Shown: piece after piece, positions 31,950 to 41,816 of the stretch
Numbering within the stretch: the stretch's first letter is position 1
Layout of the letters: each line of letters starts with the position of its first letter
Program-made: the position numbers and the translations under genes
DNA from: a virus
Lineage: Duplodnaviria; Caudoviricetes
DNA: 64,000 bases
Reading direction: 5' to 3' (one strand)
Virus record (IMG/VR): IMGVR_UViG_3300011116_001007
Notes under the pieces: generated by a model
What the model saw: the letters and a program-made list of their open reading frames with translations, nothing else
The model's database searches: none
What the model was told of the DNA's origin: nothing

Positions 31950-32897
31950 ATAAGGTTGTGACAGCAACCAATCAAGATATTCGGGAATACCTTGTTCAAT
32001 GTCTATAGTGGGATTCCATCCAGTGAGTTCGCGTAGTTTGTTACTGTTTAATGTATCACGATTTGGATAAAAGCTATCGTGCGGCAAACAATCAATCTTG
32101 CTGGGAATACGATGTTGTATAAGTTCTGCAGCTTCTAAAATACGTCGACCATTACCTCTTGTGCAATTAAAAATTTCATTGGCACATGCAGCATGAGTTG
32201 CAGCAGTAGCAAAAGCATCAGCAACATCGGTGACCCAGGAAAAATCTAATCGATTTTCGGGACCATGCACTTGTATTTGACCTTGAGTAAGTGCAGCCAC
32301 TGCCATTTTTGATATCACCCGCACCACAGTATCTCTTGTGCCGTATAATGCACTGGGTCTTAGAATACTGTATTCTAATCCATGTTCCTTGTGCCAAATT
32401 TTACACATTTGTTCGCATTGCAGTTTATAACTGCCGTACAAGGTCAATGGATTACACACAGCAGTTTCGGTAGGAGCAGACGAACCAAATTCTCCATACA
32501 CCATGCTGCTGCTGGCCAGTACAAATCTTTTCACATGATGTTTGACACATAGATCCAATGCTATAGCCGTGGCAGTGATCATGTTTTCTGTAGCGTCAAT
32601 TACATTGCGTTTGACCATCTTGGCATTGGGATATGTTGCCAAATCAATTGCCACATCAAACGACTGTGTTTCAAACACAGACTGCATGAATTTGAGATCC
32701 GTAACATCACCAAATGCAAAATTATGAGCTGGCATATGTGTTAGACGTTGTTCAAGTATGGGATTGTATTCCCAATCAGGATAGTCTCCATAGGTATGAT
32801 GCCGGTCCACTACTGTGATGCTGTGTCCTTGGTCTGCCAGCACCTTGGCTGTGTGATGACCAATAAAACCATGACCGCCCAATATCAATATGTTCAT
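31935..32897 (-). CDS. NAD-dependent epimerase/dehydratase
   Basis: LGGHGFIG, ASSSMVYG, YGSYK. Confidence 0.88.
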   Translation of the reverse strand: MNILILGGHGFIGHHTAKVLADQGHSITVVDRHHTYGDYPDWEYNPILEQRLTHMPAHNFAFGDVTDLKFMQSVFETQSFDVAIDLATYPNAKMVKRNVIDATENMITATAIALDLCVKHHVKRFVLASSSMVYGEFGSSAPTETAVCNPLTLYGSYKLQCEQMCKIWHKEHGLEYSILRPSALYGTRDTVVRVISKMAVAALTQGQIQVHGPENRLDFSWVTDVADAFATAATHAACANEIFNCTRGNGRRILEAAELIQHRIPSKIDCLPHDSFYPNRDTLNSNKLRELTGWNPTIDIEQGIPEYLDWLLSQPYLDRF

Positions 32898-33925
32898 TGT
32901 AGTATTTTTCCTATATGTTCTACTTCTGCATCAGTCAATGTGTGTTGATTTGGCACACTAAAACTGATTTTGCTGAGACGATCACTGTTGGTTGCAACAC
33001 CCGGGTATAAGTATTCTTGGTGAATCGGTAGTTGATAATGAACAGCACATTCTATTCCTGCATTGCGTAATTCAACTACAGTTTGATCTCTTAGATCACT
33101 TTGGAATACCAGTTTACTGTAGGTGTGTTGTTGTAGATGTTGTTGCATGCCTGATTGATATTTACTACGTTCTATTAAATATTGAGCAATTTTGTTTCTA
33201 CGTGTTTGCCAGGTGTTAGAATGATCTAATCCAGACCATATGCAGGCCGCTTCAAAACTACTGATCATACTGTTAAGTCCAGGATCGATAGCATGATCTG
33301 AGTTGCGATTCTTACCATGTAATCGCAACAGTCTGCATGATTCAGCAACAGCATCACTGTCAGTGAGCACAGCACCTCCACTGCCCCAGCTGCTGATAGG
33401 TTTGCTTGGAGCAAAACTTACACAGCCAACTACCCCATTTTTGGCACTCCAGCAGGTACCGTTGTGACTTTCTAGACTTTGTGCAGCATCGCTGATCAAT
33501 GGAATTTTCAATTGATTTAACGACTCCCAATGACTCATGTTACCAAATATATCAACAGCCACCACAGCAGCACAATCAGAAATTTTGCCAACGTCAATAC
33601 AATAGTCATTGCCAACATCTATAGGTACAACTTGATGTCCGGCACGTGCCACTGCATGTGCAGTAGCAGTAAATGTATAACTGCTCACTGCCACACGAGA
33701 CTGCGGAGGAAGATTCAATGACTTAACAGCTAAAAATAATGCATCAGTGCAACTGGCAGTGGTCACACAATGTTTACGTCCATACTGTTGAGCCAGTCTC
33801 TGTTCTAATTTTTTTATCAACTGACTATTCTGAGCCAGTCCTTGTGCATGATCTTGTTCAACCAGGTGCCATACCTGTTCGCGTATGGTTCTCCAGTTTA
33901 AACTATTTTGAAATAAAGATATCAT
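32894..33925 (-). CDS. DegT/DnrJ/EryC1/StrS PLP-dependent sugar aminotransferase
   Basis: TASCTDAL, TFTATA, DAAQS, SFAPSKP (Schiff-base Lys), GGAV. Confidence 0.88.
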   Translation of the reverse strand: MISLFQNSLNWRTIREQVWHLVEQDHAQGLAQNSQLIKKLEQRLAQQYGRKHCVTTASCTDALFLAVKSLNLPPQSRVAVSSYTFTATAHAVARAGHQVVPIDVGNDYCIDVGKISDCAAVVAVDIFGNMSHWESLNQLKIPLISDAAQSLESHNGTCWSAKNGVVGCVSFAPSKPISSWGSGGAVLTDSDAVAESCRLLRLHGKNRNSDHAIDPGLNSMISSFEAACIWSGLDHSNTWQTRRNKIAQYLIERSKYQSGMQQHLQQHTYSKLVFQSDLRDQTVVELRNAGIECAVHYQLPIHQEYLYPGVATNSDRLSKISFSVPNQHTLTDAEVEHIGKILQ

Positions 33926-33926
33926 A

Positions 33927-34547
33927 CTAAAAATAATTGTTTACCACAGTAAATGCTTCGGCTAACACTTGCTGATTACGCTGGGCCCAATATTGGTTGG
34001 TCACACGTACATGTTCTATATCTTCAAGACCAAGATAACTGTTATAACATTTCAACAAAGTTTTTTTAAATTCCCATTGATCTGATATGTCTACAAACAA
34101 ATTTGGCTGAGTAGAATAGTGATGGCAATAGGGCCATTGATGCATAATCCAAACTTGTTTGGCCAACTTCTTTACTATGGGCCATACCAAATGATAAGTG
34201 TTAACATGGTCTTGATGGCTGTCTTCAAAATTTGGTATGATAGCAATGTCACAAGATTCCAACAACAGAGACAATCTAGACATAGTCACATTGTCTCTTA
34301 CCAAATTAGGTCGACCATTGCTGTGTAAATCAGTATCAAACACACGAAGTTCAAATTTTGAATTTTGATAACTACAATCTAACTCTGCTTGTACTACTGA
34401 TTGGTCACGCCCTGGGCGATCCTCTGAACTGGGACGCACAGTGATTACAGAGATTATCTCAGCACCTTGTTCTTGAAATTTTTTCAGTGTTCCTGAACAT
34501 GCAATTTCAACATCATCAGGATGCGGAGAAATTACCAATATTTTCAT
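33927..34547 (-). CDS. PIG-L/LmbE family N-acetyl deacetylase
   Basis: SPHPDDVE and DSHQDH metal motifs. Confidence 0.85.
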   Translation of the reverse strand: MKILVISPHPDDVEIACSGTLKKFQEQGAEIISVITVRPSSEDRPGRDQSVVQAELDCSYQNSKFELRVFDTDLHSNGRPNLVRDNVTMSRLSLLLESCDIAIIPNFEDSHQDHVNTYHLVWPIVKKLAKQVWIMHQWPYCHHYSTQPNLFVDISDQWEFKKTLLKCYNSYLGLEDIEHVRVTNQYWAQRNQQVLAEAFTVVNNYF

Positions 34548-35524
34548 CGACGATTCCAGTAAAGGCTACTTTTAAACCAGGCCAGGTAATTATCAAATCC
34601 TTCTGCTACATCAACTTTGGGATCATATCCTAACACAGCTCTAGCACGATCAATATTCAACGCACCGCGTGATGGAAAGTCTGCGTCTTTATCACGCAAT
34701 TCAATTGTGCCATTGGCTACAATTTTAACAATCATCTCAGCAGCCTGTGACAAGCTCACGCTGTGGCTTTTTGTGATGTTGAAAGTTTGATTAGCAGCAG
34801 CAGGGATTAGTGCAGCAGCCACAACACCATCGGCAGCATCATCCACATAGGTAAAGTCTAATGTTTCGTTTGCTCCGTTAACTTTAAGCACTCCGCCGCG
34901 CATTGCTGTGAGCATGAATTTTGATACGACGCGGTCTTCCACGTCCAAGGGGCCATATACAGCACTAGGCCTAAGTATAACATAATCAAAACATCCCCTA
35001 CGATTGTAGTCTTTAACAAGGTCTTCTCCTGCAAGTTTCATAATGCCATATTGTCCTTGTGGACGGCATACAGCGTCTTCGGTCACATCATTGGCAAAGT
35101 CACCATACACCATTGAGCTTGAAATGTAAACAACTCGTTTCACATGGTGTTTTTTGGCACTCTCAAGTATGTTGATCAAGCCTTCCATCATGACTCTAGC
35201 ACCCCATGCAGGGTTGGCATTTACAACTTTCTGTCGAGGAAAGCTGGCCATATGGATCACTACATCAGGCTGTTCAATTTCAAATATGTCATTGATAGTT
35301 TCTCTATCACAGATGCTTTGAGTATACATGTGCAAAGGCGACTGCTTTATTTTCTTCAGTCGCTCACCAATCAAATAATCAAGTTCACTTTGAGGAATCA
35401 TTCCATACGTGGTTTGATTATCAACAACGGATACTGTGTGTGATTGATCTTGTAGTCTTTTGACCACATTGTGCCCAATCAGTCCAAGCCCGCCTGTGAC
35501 TAGTATTTTCATTGTCTTGTCCAT
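34544..35524 (-). CDS. NAD-dependent epimerase/dehydratase
   Basis: VTGGLGLIG, SSSMVYG, YGIMK, LDFTYVDD. Confidence 0.9.
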   Translation of the reverse strand: MDKTMKILVTGGLGLIGHNVVKRLQDQSHTVSVVDNQTTYGMIPQSELDYLIGERLKKIKQSPLHMYTQSICDRETINDIFEIEQPDVVIHMASFPRQKVVNANPAWGARVMMEGLINILESAKKHHVKRVVYISSSMVYGDFANDVTEDAVCRPQGQYGIMKLAGEDLVKDYNRRGCFDYVILRPSAVYGPLDVEDRVVSKFMLTAMRGGVLKVNGANETLDFTYVDDAADGVVAAALIPAAANQTFNITKSHSVSLSQAAEMIVKIVANGTIELRDKDADFPSRGALNIDRARAVLGYDPKVDVAEGFDNYLAWFKSSLYWNRR

Positions 35525-35805
35525 TTCAATTTATAAAACATGTAAACTTTTTCATCCATCACAGTAAATTTACCAGGGCGATCCCAGTAGCAACCATCTG
35601 CAAATTTTCCTGGCGGTCCGTATGTTTTTTCTAACCACCGATACTCTTCGTCCTTGAGATTTCCGGCTACATGCAAATATGTTGGAACAAATTCTGTACC
35701 GTTCCAGATCTGTTTTTTCACAGGAGGACGAGGAACTGCTACATCTCGTTCGTCTATGTATTCAATCATTCGTTCGTGTATGAATTCAGATTTTGGTGTT
35801 AACAT
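35509..35805 (-). CDS. Hypothetical protein
   Basis: 98-aa ORF overlapping neighbours in operon. Confidence 0.6.
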   Translation of the reverse strand: MLTPKSEFIHERMIEYIDERDVAVPRPPVKKQIWNGTEFVPTYLHVAGNLKDEEYRWLEKTYGPPGKFADGCYWDRPGKFTVMDEKVYMFYKLKWTRQ

Positions 35806-36124
35806 ATTTTAGTTTGTAAAACGTTTGGTCTGATTCTTTCATGCGTGCCATGATAACAAACTCAAATCCGTATGTCATATGATCAACTGTGCGTACCCAC
35901 CAAGGAGGTTCCACAGCATGCTCCATCACAAACTTACCAGCTTCGGTTTGTTGCCATTCGTATATGGGCTGAGCAGCGTACAGCACAGGATCTTCTACAT
36001 CTCCCAAGAGAAATCGATGCACTGGCAAGTCAGATATTGTCACAGCCTGGCCATTGACTATCTTGGTCCGTCGTGGTTTGCTGTGTTTGTTATGTTCTCG
36101 ATCTAGATCGCGTAAAATGGTCAT
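35786..36124 (-). CDS. Hypothetical protein
   Basis: 112-aa ORF; TTGCAT...TATACT promoter-like sequence just upstream. Confidence 0.6.
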   Translation of the reverse strand: MTILRDLDREHNKHSKPRRTKIVNGQAVTISDLPVHRFLLGDVEDPVLYAAQPIYEWQQTEAGKFVMEHAVEPPWWVRTVDHMTYGFEFVIMARMKESDQTFYKLKYVNTKI

Positions 36125-36150
36125 GTGCTAGTATAGCACGCCGTTTGATT

Positions 36151-36816
36151 TTATGCAACTAAATTGGTAGCCATTGGAAAGATTTGAGCAATTACTTGAG
36201 CACATGCCACTGCCACTTGTTGATGTTCTCGTTGTGTGCCATTGGCACTGCGTAACTGAATGAAGTGTATCCAACTGCGTAGTGTGCCATTCATGTACAG
36301 TCTACTGACTGTGTTGCCTTCGGGCAATATGGCTCTGGCTTGTTCTTTGGCTATGCCTAATTCTATAGCCCTGGTATAGTGTTTGCGTGACAAATCTATT
36401 ACTTCTTGTTGAGCACTATCCCACCACAGTGCTAGATCTTCATCTGATGATTCTATACTGTTTTGTCTGTTTCGAGTGTCTTGTAATCTAGCGGCTCGCC
36501 GTACAAAGCTGAGATCCTGCGTTGGATCAGCATAACGTTGGCTGAACTCTTGGAAGCTGAAACTTCTGTGTCTGAGAATTTGTCTTGCAATATCTCTTGT
36601 GGTGGTAATTTCAATACAAGCTGAGACCATTTCGAGTGGGCTCCAGTGTTGGTGTTCAACGAGGTATTGAATAAGTCTTTCTGAAGTTTCTGTGTTGAAT
36701 TGATTGGAGGGATTGCTAACACGGGCACAGTATGCAATGAGATCTTGTGCATTTTCAATTCCCATGCTAGCAAATTCTTCAGTTGGCTGGCTGTGACTGA
36801 GCAGTCGGACATTCAT
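36151..36816 (-). CDS. thyX: Flavin-dependent thymidylate synthase
   Basis: RHRSFSFQEFSQRY ThyX motif, HWSPLE, AKEQAR, LRSWIHF. Confidence 0.95.
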   Translation of the reverse strand: MNVRLLSHSQPTEEFASMGIENAQDLIAYCARVSNPSNQFNTETSERLIQYLVEHQHWSPLEMVSACIEITTTRDIARQILRHRSFSFQEFSQRYADPTQDLSFVRRAARLQDTRNRQNSIESSDEDLALWWDSAQQEVIDLSRKHYTRAIELGIAKEQARAILPEGNTVSRLYMNGTLRSWIHFIQLRSANGTQREHQQVAVACAQVIAQIFPMATNLVA

Positions 36817-37115
36817 AGGTCTTTTAATAGCTTGTCTGTTTCTGGCTGCACCATGTTGGCCACAGCACTAACGTCAACCACAAAGTCAACGTCACGAACC
36901 GAGTCACCTAGATCGGTCAGAGTACGATTGAGAGCAATTTCAATTTGGTCTGTGTCCAGGCCCTGGCGCCGTAGTGTTTGTAAGTTAATGGTTTTTTGTT
37001 TGCGACCATCAATTTTTATAACAACCTTCTTGATACACTCAAGTGGCACTTCGGTCATTGACACTTCGTTGATAATATGTTCCCATCGGTCAAGAAACTC
37101 ATCACTGAACGGCAT
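36813..37115 (-). CDS. Hypothetical protein
   Basis: 100-aa ORF with ATGA-type coupling to thyX. Confidence 0.65.
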   Translation of the reverse strand: MPFSDEFLDRWEHIINEVSMTEVPLECIKKVVIKIDGRKQKTINLQTLRRQGLDTDQIEIALNRTLTDLGDSVRDVDFVVDVSAVANMVQPETDKLLKDL

Positions 37116-37845
37116 CTGAAGTCACTGGCTTGGCTTTTGCAGGACGACCTTTTTTTGGAGCAGTTGTTACAGCCACAACAGGCGGAGCAACAGGTATTTC
37201 AGCAGGGCCATTTTTTACACCGGGGTACATGCGTTGTGCATCTTTCTTCATGCGAGCAGCTTCTGAGATCATGCTCTTGGCTTCAATCTCCATGCGTTTG
37301 GCCTGAGACAACATATTGTGAGCCAATGTTTTATCATCTAATGCACCATTTGAGCTGGCCATTAATGGAGCCACAGGCGGCGTTACTGGCCCACGTTCTT
37401 GGCTGCGTTTGTATTCAGCTTCGGCCTTGCGCTTCTGTGCAGGATCCACAAACCCAGTATTTTTGTCAATTTCTTGTAGACGTTTGAGAGCAGCGTCTCC
37501 AGATTCCATCTCACGAATGATCTTGTTCATCTCATCCAGCTTGACTGAGCTTTGGCTAGTGGGTGTCACAATGATCTGTGCAGTGGGTACTTTCTTGATC
37601 ATGCCTTCTTTGTGCAATGCTTCCAATTGTGCGCGGCCATCGGGCAACAAGTTTCTGTGTAACACTTCGCTCAATTGTGTAGCTGCCTGACCAGGCGCAC
37701 TTTCTAATGTGGCCATAATGCTGTTATGGATATGTGTGGGCAATGTGTCTGGATAAATCACAAGGCACATGTGCTCCTCATTTGGCACTTCTCTGAATAA
37801 TATAGCAACCTTGCGATCACCGTGACGTCCGATATGTTTAAGCAT
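37102..37845 (-). CDS. Hypothetical protein with coiled-coil and basic tail
   Basis: Start MLKHIG at 37845 after GGAG Shine-Dalgarno. Confidence 0.65.
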   Translation of the reverse strand: MLKHIGRHGDRKVAILFREVPNEEHMCLVIYPDTLPTHIHNSIMATLESAPGQAATQLSEVLHRNLLPDGRAQLEALHKEGMIKKVPTAQIIVTPTSQSSVKLDEMNKIIREMESGDAALKRLQEIDKNTGFVDPAQKRKAEAEYKRSQERGPVTPPVAPLMASSNGALDDKTLAHNMLSQAKRMEIEAKSMISEAARMKKDAQRMYPGVKNGPAEIPVAPPVVAVTTAPKKGRPAKAKPVTSDAVQ

Positions 37846-38041
37846 TTTGCTCTCCTTGTGGATTTGGTTGCTCGGGAACAGGAGCAGGGGCACTGGATGC
37901 TGCTAAGAAAGCAGAGAGTTTTTCGTATATTCCTCCCACCAGCGTCATCTCATTGCCACGTATGGCTCCGCGAGTGATCACTGTGTCCAGTATAACTTTG
38001 ATTGACGCTAGGTCAGCAATGGTTAGTTGTTTGTCGTTCAT
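37838..38041 (-). CDS. Small hypothetical protein
   Basis: 67 aa; TAAATA 5 nt upstream of ATG. Confidence 0.6.
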   Translation of the reverse strand: MNDKQLTIADLASIKVILDTVITRGAIRGNEMTLVGGIYEKLSAFLAASSAPAPVPEQPNPQGEQNA

Positions 38042-38058
38042 GTAGATATTTACAAAAG

Positions 38059-38092
38059 AAAACCTCCTAAGATAAATTTCTTAGGAGGTTTT
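38059..38092 (-). terminator. Intrinsic terminator after the vWA gene
   Basis: 14-bp perfect inverted repeat AAAACCTCCTAAGA / TCTTAGGAGGTTTT. Confidence 0.75.
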
Positions 38093-38109
38093 GGCTAAAT
38101 TTGTTTTGA

Positions 38110-39414
38110 TTATTCGGCGTCGTCGTAGTAGGCATATTGTCCCCAGGGCGGAACAATGGTTGTGGTACCGTGCAAGATCCAAACAGTATCAGCATAGTTC
38201 TCATCGCCCCAGCTGCCCCAGGGATAACCGTCAGTAAACACAACCAGGCGTTTGGGTTCGATCTCGTTGTCTTTTAGGTATCTAAAAATTGCATCAAAAT
38301 CAGTACCACCACCACCTTGTACTTCGTAATCTCGGATATCATCCAAATTCTCCGAATCATACTGTTGCGGATTGTAGCATTCGGTATCGAATGTCACAAC
38401 ATGGATTTTGTAAGCAGGAAACGATTCCATGATACTAGCAGTCTCGCTCAAGATATCCTTGAGCATGCTCTCGTTCATTGAGCCCGAAGCGTCGATAAAC
38501 AGTGCAATATCAATCATGGGATCCAGCTTCATGCCAGGCATCACAGCATCCATGTGCCAACCTTTACGGCTGGCTCGCATCCAGGTGTAGTCACTCTTGA
38601 TTGTGCTCTCCAATTGCATACGCAACAGTTCGCGCCAGTTCATCTTGGGCTCAGTGAGATCTTGGATTATGCGCTTGACACCGGCAGGAATATTGCCAGC
38701 ACCATCCACAGTAGAAGCAGCCGCCAGCATGGCTTCTTTGATTTCATCGCGGATAGCTCTGCGTTCTTCTTCACTCAGTTTAGGACGTCCTTTGCCTTCG
38801 CCTTCTCCGTCGCCTTCACCTTCGCCATCGCCTTCGCCATCCAAATGCTCGTCGATCATCTTGTCAATGAGATCACTCATGTTGATCTTTTTAGCATTCT
38901 TCATCAAGTCGTCGTACACTTCTTCTGAGCTCATGCCATCGTACTTGACATCGTACAATGCAGGCACTGTGGTAATCAGCTCGCCTACTTTGTGTTTGAC
39001 CAAATCTGCATTCACACAGAAGTCGTTAGCGATATTCCAAATCTGCGGATCGCGTTCGCCACGACGTCCAAAATGGTCATAAACACAATGCAACACTTCG
39101 TGACCAAACAAGAATTCAATCTCTTTGGTCTTGAGCATTTTGATAAAGCGACTGTTGTAATAAAAATTACGACCATCTGTTGCCGCAGTACCGCACCATT
39201 CATCGGCATTGACCAATTTCAAACGTGTGGCAAGATTGCCAAAGAAACTGGCCTTGAGCAACAGACCTACACGGGCTGTGACTAATTTCTCACGTACCTC
39301 GTTGTCTATCTTAGGGTCAGTGGGTCCAAGTAGATTTTTGTACTTGTCGGATTCTTTTTTGTTATTGGTGGTGCCAGCTGTGGCATACAGTACATTGGGA
39401 TTGAAAAATTGCAT
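38110..39414 (-). CDS. HExxH metallopeptidase-like plus vWA domain protein (DUF2201 type)
   Basis: HEVLH, acidic GEG linker, MIDAS DASGSM and GGGTDF MIDAS motifs; AAGGAG SD before ATG 39414. Confidence 0.8.
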   Translation of the reverse strand: MQFFNPNVLYATAGTTNNKKESDKYKNLLGPTDPKIDNEVREKLVTARVGLLLKASFFGNLATRLKLVNADEWCGTAATDGRNFYYNSRFIKMLKTKEIEFLFGHEVLHCVYDHFGRRGERDPQIWNIANDFCVNADLVKHKVGELITTVPALYDVKYDGMSSEEVYDDLMKNAKKINMSDLIDKMIDEHLDGEGDGEGEGDGEGEGKGRPKLSEEERRAIRDEIKEAMLAAASTVDGAGNIPAGVKRIIQDLTEPKMNWRELLRMQLESTIKSDYTWMRASRKGWHMDAVMPGMKLDPMIDIALFIDASGSMNESMLKDILSETASIMESFPAYKIHVVTFDTECYNPQQYDSENLDDIRDYEVQGGGGTDFDAIFRYLKDNEIEPKRLVVFTDGYPWGSWGDENYADTVWILHGTTTIVPPWGQYAYYDDAE

Positions 39415-39441
39415 GACTACTCCTTTTTTGGACATACGTGT

Positions 39442-39470
39442 ATTATAGCACTGGTGCCAATACCGGTCAA
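39442..39470 (-). promoter_or_regulatory. sigma70-type promoter TTGACC-17-TATAAT
   Basis: Same architecture with exact 17-nt spacer at 41244-41272, 41783-41811, 42120-42148, 43312-43340, 53140-53168, 55137-55165, 55234-55262. Confidence 0.75.
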
Positions 39471-39476
39471 CCAGCA

Positions 39477-39770
39477 CTAGAGATATTTAAGTTGGAACCA
39501 AGATAATGCTGACTCGTTGTAAAAGTCTAGGTGAATTTGGTGTTGTAAATATCCTCTAGGAACAATATCATCTCCTTGGTGATTTTTATTGACAGTGATC
39601 CATTGATTATGATTTCGAATTGTGAAACCTAATTCACGTTTCAGTACCCAGGATATAGCAATTGTAGATCCGTACTCAGATAATATCTTTTGCCATATGC
39701 TATCCCAATAGTCAGTATCATTAAAAATAACAAGATTGGGCTTGACTACAATTTTTTTCTCTGTTGTCAT
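39477..39770 (-). CDS. Hypothetical protein
   Basis: 97 aa; C-terminus (E..LSWFQL) resembles the neighbour. Confidence 0.6.
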   Translation of the reverse strand: MTTEKKIVVKPNLVIFNDTDYWDSIWQKILSEYGSTIAISWVLKRELGFTIRNHNQWITVNKNHQGDDIVPRGYLQHQIHLDFYNESALSWFQLKYL

Positions 39771-40090
39771 ACATCACGGACATGGCTCAATTGAAACCAA
39801 GCCAGTTCTTTGTCCGAATTTACATATATTCGATAATTTTTATATTGAGTTGTAAATGCCCAGTGAAAGTTTATATCGTTGTCCTGCACCCGCGACAGGC
39901 CAGCCAACTTTTGTTGCACTTCTGCTTCTTGACTCCAACCAAAGTTGGTATTGAACCAACGACGAGCACGATCAAAGTCCAACGCGCCAGTGCCAGTGCT
40001 AGCCCAAGACGCTTTACTGAACTCAATTGAGTATTTGTAAATCTTGTAATGACGATGGCGTCGATCCAATTTGATTATTTCGTATTTCAT
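39767..40090 (-). CDS. Hypothetical protein
   Basis: 107 aa; C-terminus DKELAWFQL. Confidence 0.6.
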   Translation of the reverse strand: MKYEIIKLDRRHRHYKIYKYSIEFSKASWASTGTGALDFDRARRWFNTNFGWSQEAEVQQKLAGLSRVQDNDINFHWAFTTQYKNYRIYVNSDKELAWFQLSHVRDV

Positions 40091-40095
40091 AATTG

Positions 40096-40121
40096 AAAAC
40101 GGGCCCGGAGGCCCGTTTTTT
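40096..40121 (-). terminator. Terminator hairpin after the AAA ATPase
   Basis: AAAACGGGC...GCCCGTTTT inverted repeat. Confidence 0.6.
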
Positions 40122-41211
40122 AGTTGCCGCTTTGCAGGATGTATTTGCCAAATCGTTTGTGAAACTCATCAAAGTGTTTCATCTTGGTTGGCAAAAATGG
40201 CAAGTCGTATGTGGTCAACGCAATACGAGCACCCATCACAGTCAGCTCAGTCTCAAAGTTATTCATCATGTAGCTGAGGAAGTTGTCAGCCATTTCGTGG
40301 AACTTCTTCTGTTCCACTTTTTTCTCCACTGCATCTTTCAGCTCGTAGCACATGGAAATAACCAGACTGTACATGGCACTGACTTCTTTGAGATTCAAAT
40401 CCTTGACTTTGCCACTCAAGATATCTTCAGGCTTGGGCATGCGTCCTGCCACCTTGCGGTGTGCCATAAACTTTACTGCAAGTCCTTCACCGACTGTGCC
40501 TGCTACCAAGTTGGTAATGGTATCGTCGTCGCCGTCGTCATCTTCCAACAATTCGCTAACGAATGTCCAGGTACGCGGAGTAGCGAATGCACGGCTTGAG
40601 CTCTTGGCATCAAAGTCGTACAGGTCTTGCTTGGCAAAACTCAAGTAACCCACAACGTCTTTGTGGATGTTGTTGAGCACAGCCCATTGTTGCCAGCTAG
40701 AAAAGTCCACCTTCATCTCTTGATGCAAGAAACGATTTGCCAGTGGCGTGGGCATACGGAACGTTACACCTTTGTCGCTTTCGCGGTTGCCAGCAGCCAC
40801 CATCACTACATTCTTGGGCAAGCGATATTTGCCAATGCGACGGTTGAGAATCAACTGATACGCCGCTGACTGAACACTGGGCGCGGCACTGTTCAGCTCG
40901 TCCAAGAACAAGACCACAATAGGATACTGACTGGCCATTTCTTCATCGGGCAGTTCCACGGGAGGAGCCCAATCCATCTTGCCCGAGTCCTTGTTGTAGA
41001 ACGGAATACCACGGATGTCAGTGGGCTCCATCTGTCCCAGGCGCAGGTCGATCATGAGACCGCCTAGTTCGTTAGTGATACCTTCAACCAATTCGCTCTT
41101 GCCAATACCCGGAGGGCCCCACAAGAACAACGGACGTTGAACTTTGAATGCTTTGAGCAGGCTCTTGCGAGCTTGATTAGAAGTAACTGTGCGTGCGTCT
41201 GAAACTGCCAT
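40120..41211 (-). CDS. MoxR-like AAA+ ATPase
   Basis: GPPGIGKS Walker A, LFLDELN Walker B, AAGNR, LANRF. Confidence 0.88.
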   Translation of the reverse strand: MAVSDARTVTSNQARKSLLKAFKVQRPLFLWGPPGIGKSELVEGITNELGGLMIDLRLGQMEPTDIRGIPFYNKDSGKMDWAPPVELPDEEMASQYPIVVLFLDELNSAAPSVQSAAYQLILNRRIGKYRLPKNVVMVAAGNRESDKGVTFRMPTPLANRFLHQEMKVDFSSWQQWAVLNNIHKDVVGYLSFAKQDLYDFDAKSSSRAFATPRTWTFVSELLEDDDGDDDTITNLVAGTVGEGLAVKFMAHRKVAGRMPKPEDILSGKVKDLNLKEVSAMYSLVISMCYELKDAVEKKVEQKKFHEMADNFLSYMMNNFETELTVMGARIALTTYDLPFLPTKMKHFDEFHKRFGKYILQSGN

Positions 41212-41276
41212 AAAATGTTCCTTAGTTATGTTGCGATGTGTTTATTGTAGCAGACTGTGAATTTCCAGTCAACTGT

Positions 41277-41489
41277 TTATTTCTGTGTAATGGTGGTCTT
41301 GAACAAGATGCCGCATAGGGTGCTGATACCCCAAGCCTGAATCCAACCAATCTCTCGGATGCCTGTTACTGCGGGCATTAAGCATTCATTCCACAGGATC
41401 ATCACCGGCCAACTTAGGAGGAAGGAGATGAACAGCAAGGTAACAATGCTGACTACCATTGCGGTGAGTGCCACAATTAGATTTTTCAT
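41277..41489 (-). CDS. Small membrane protein
   Basis: Two hydrophobic segments; GGAG SD. Confidence 0.6.
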   Translation of the reverse strand: MKNLIVALTAMVVSIVTLLFISFLLSWPVMILWNECLMPAVTGIREIGWIQAWGISTLCGILFKTTITQK

Positions 41490-41490
41490 A

Positions 41491-41757
41491 TCACTCTCCT
41501 GTGTAGAATTCGTAGATCTTGACGCTGGGATCCAACTTCTGCAGTTCTTGTGCAGCCGTTGACAACACCTTGTGACGGTGTTGAACTTCTGCGCGAGATA
41601 GTTCGCCATCGCAGGTCAAGTTCTCTGGGCTGAGGTCTGCATCCAGTGCGTCAGCCACACGCTGGCGACCTTGGGCAGTTTGGATCTCAAACTGCTCGCC
41701 TTTGAAAATGGCGTTCCAGCGATTCTTACGGTCAATGTATGCTTGCAATGCTTTCAT
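41491..41757 (-). CDS. Hypothetical protein
   Basis: Start MKALQ after promoter 41783-41811 and GGAG SD. Confidence 0.65.
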   Translation of the reverse strand: MKALQAYIDRKNRWNAIFKGEQFEIQTAQGRQRVADALDADLSPENLTCDGELSRAEVQHRHKVLSTAAQELQKLDPSVKIYEFYTGE

Positions 41758-41816
41758 ATCAGCTCCTTGTTGCGATGTGTTTATTATAGCAGTTTGGACA
41801 ATACCGGTCAACCGTT

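Noticed and set aside
38554-40869. Plus-strand ORFs opposite the vWA and AAA genes
   Set aside because: Antisense shadows; the poly-SP run is the reverse of the GEG linker
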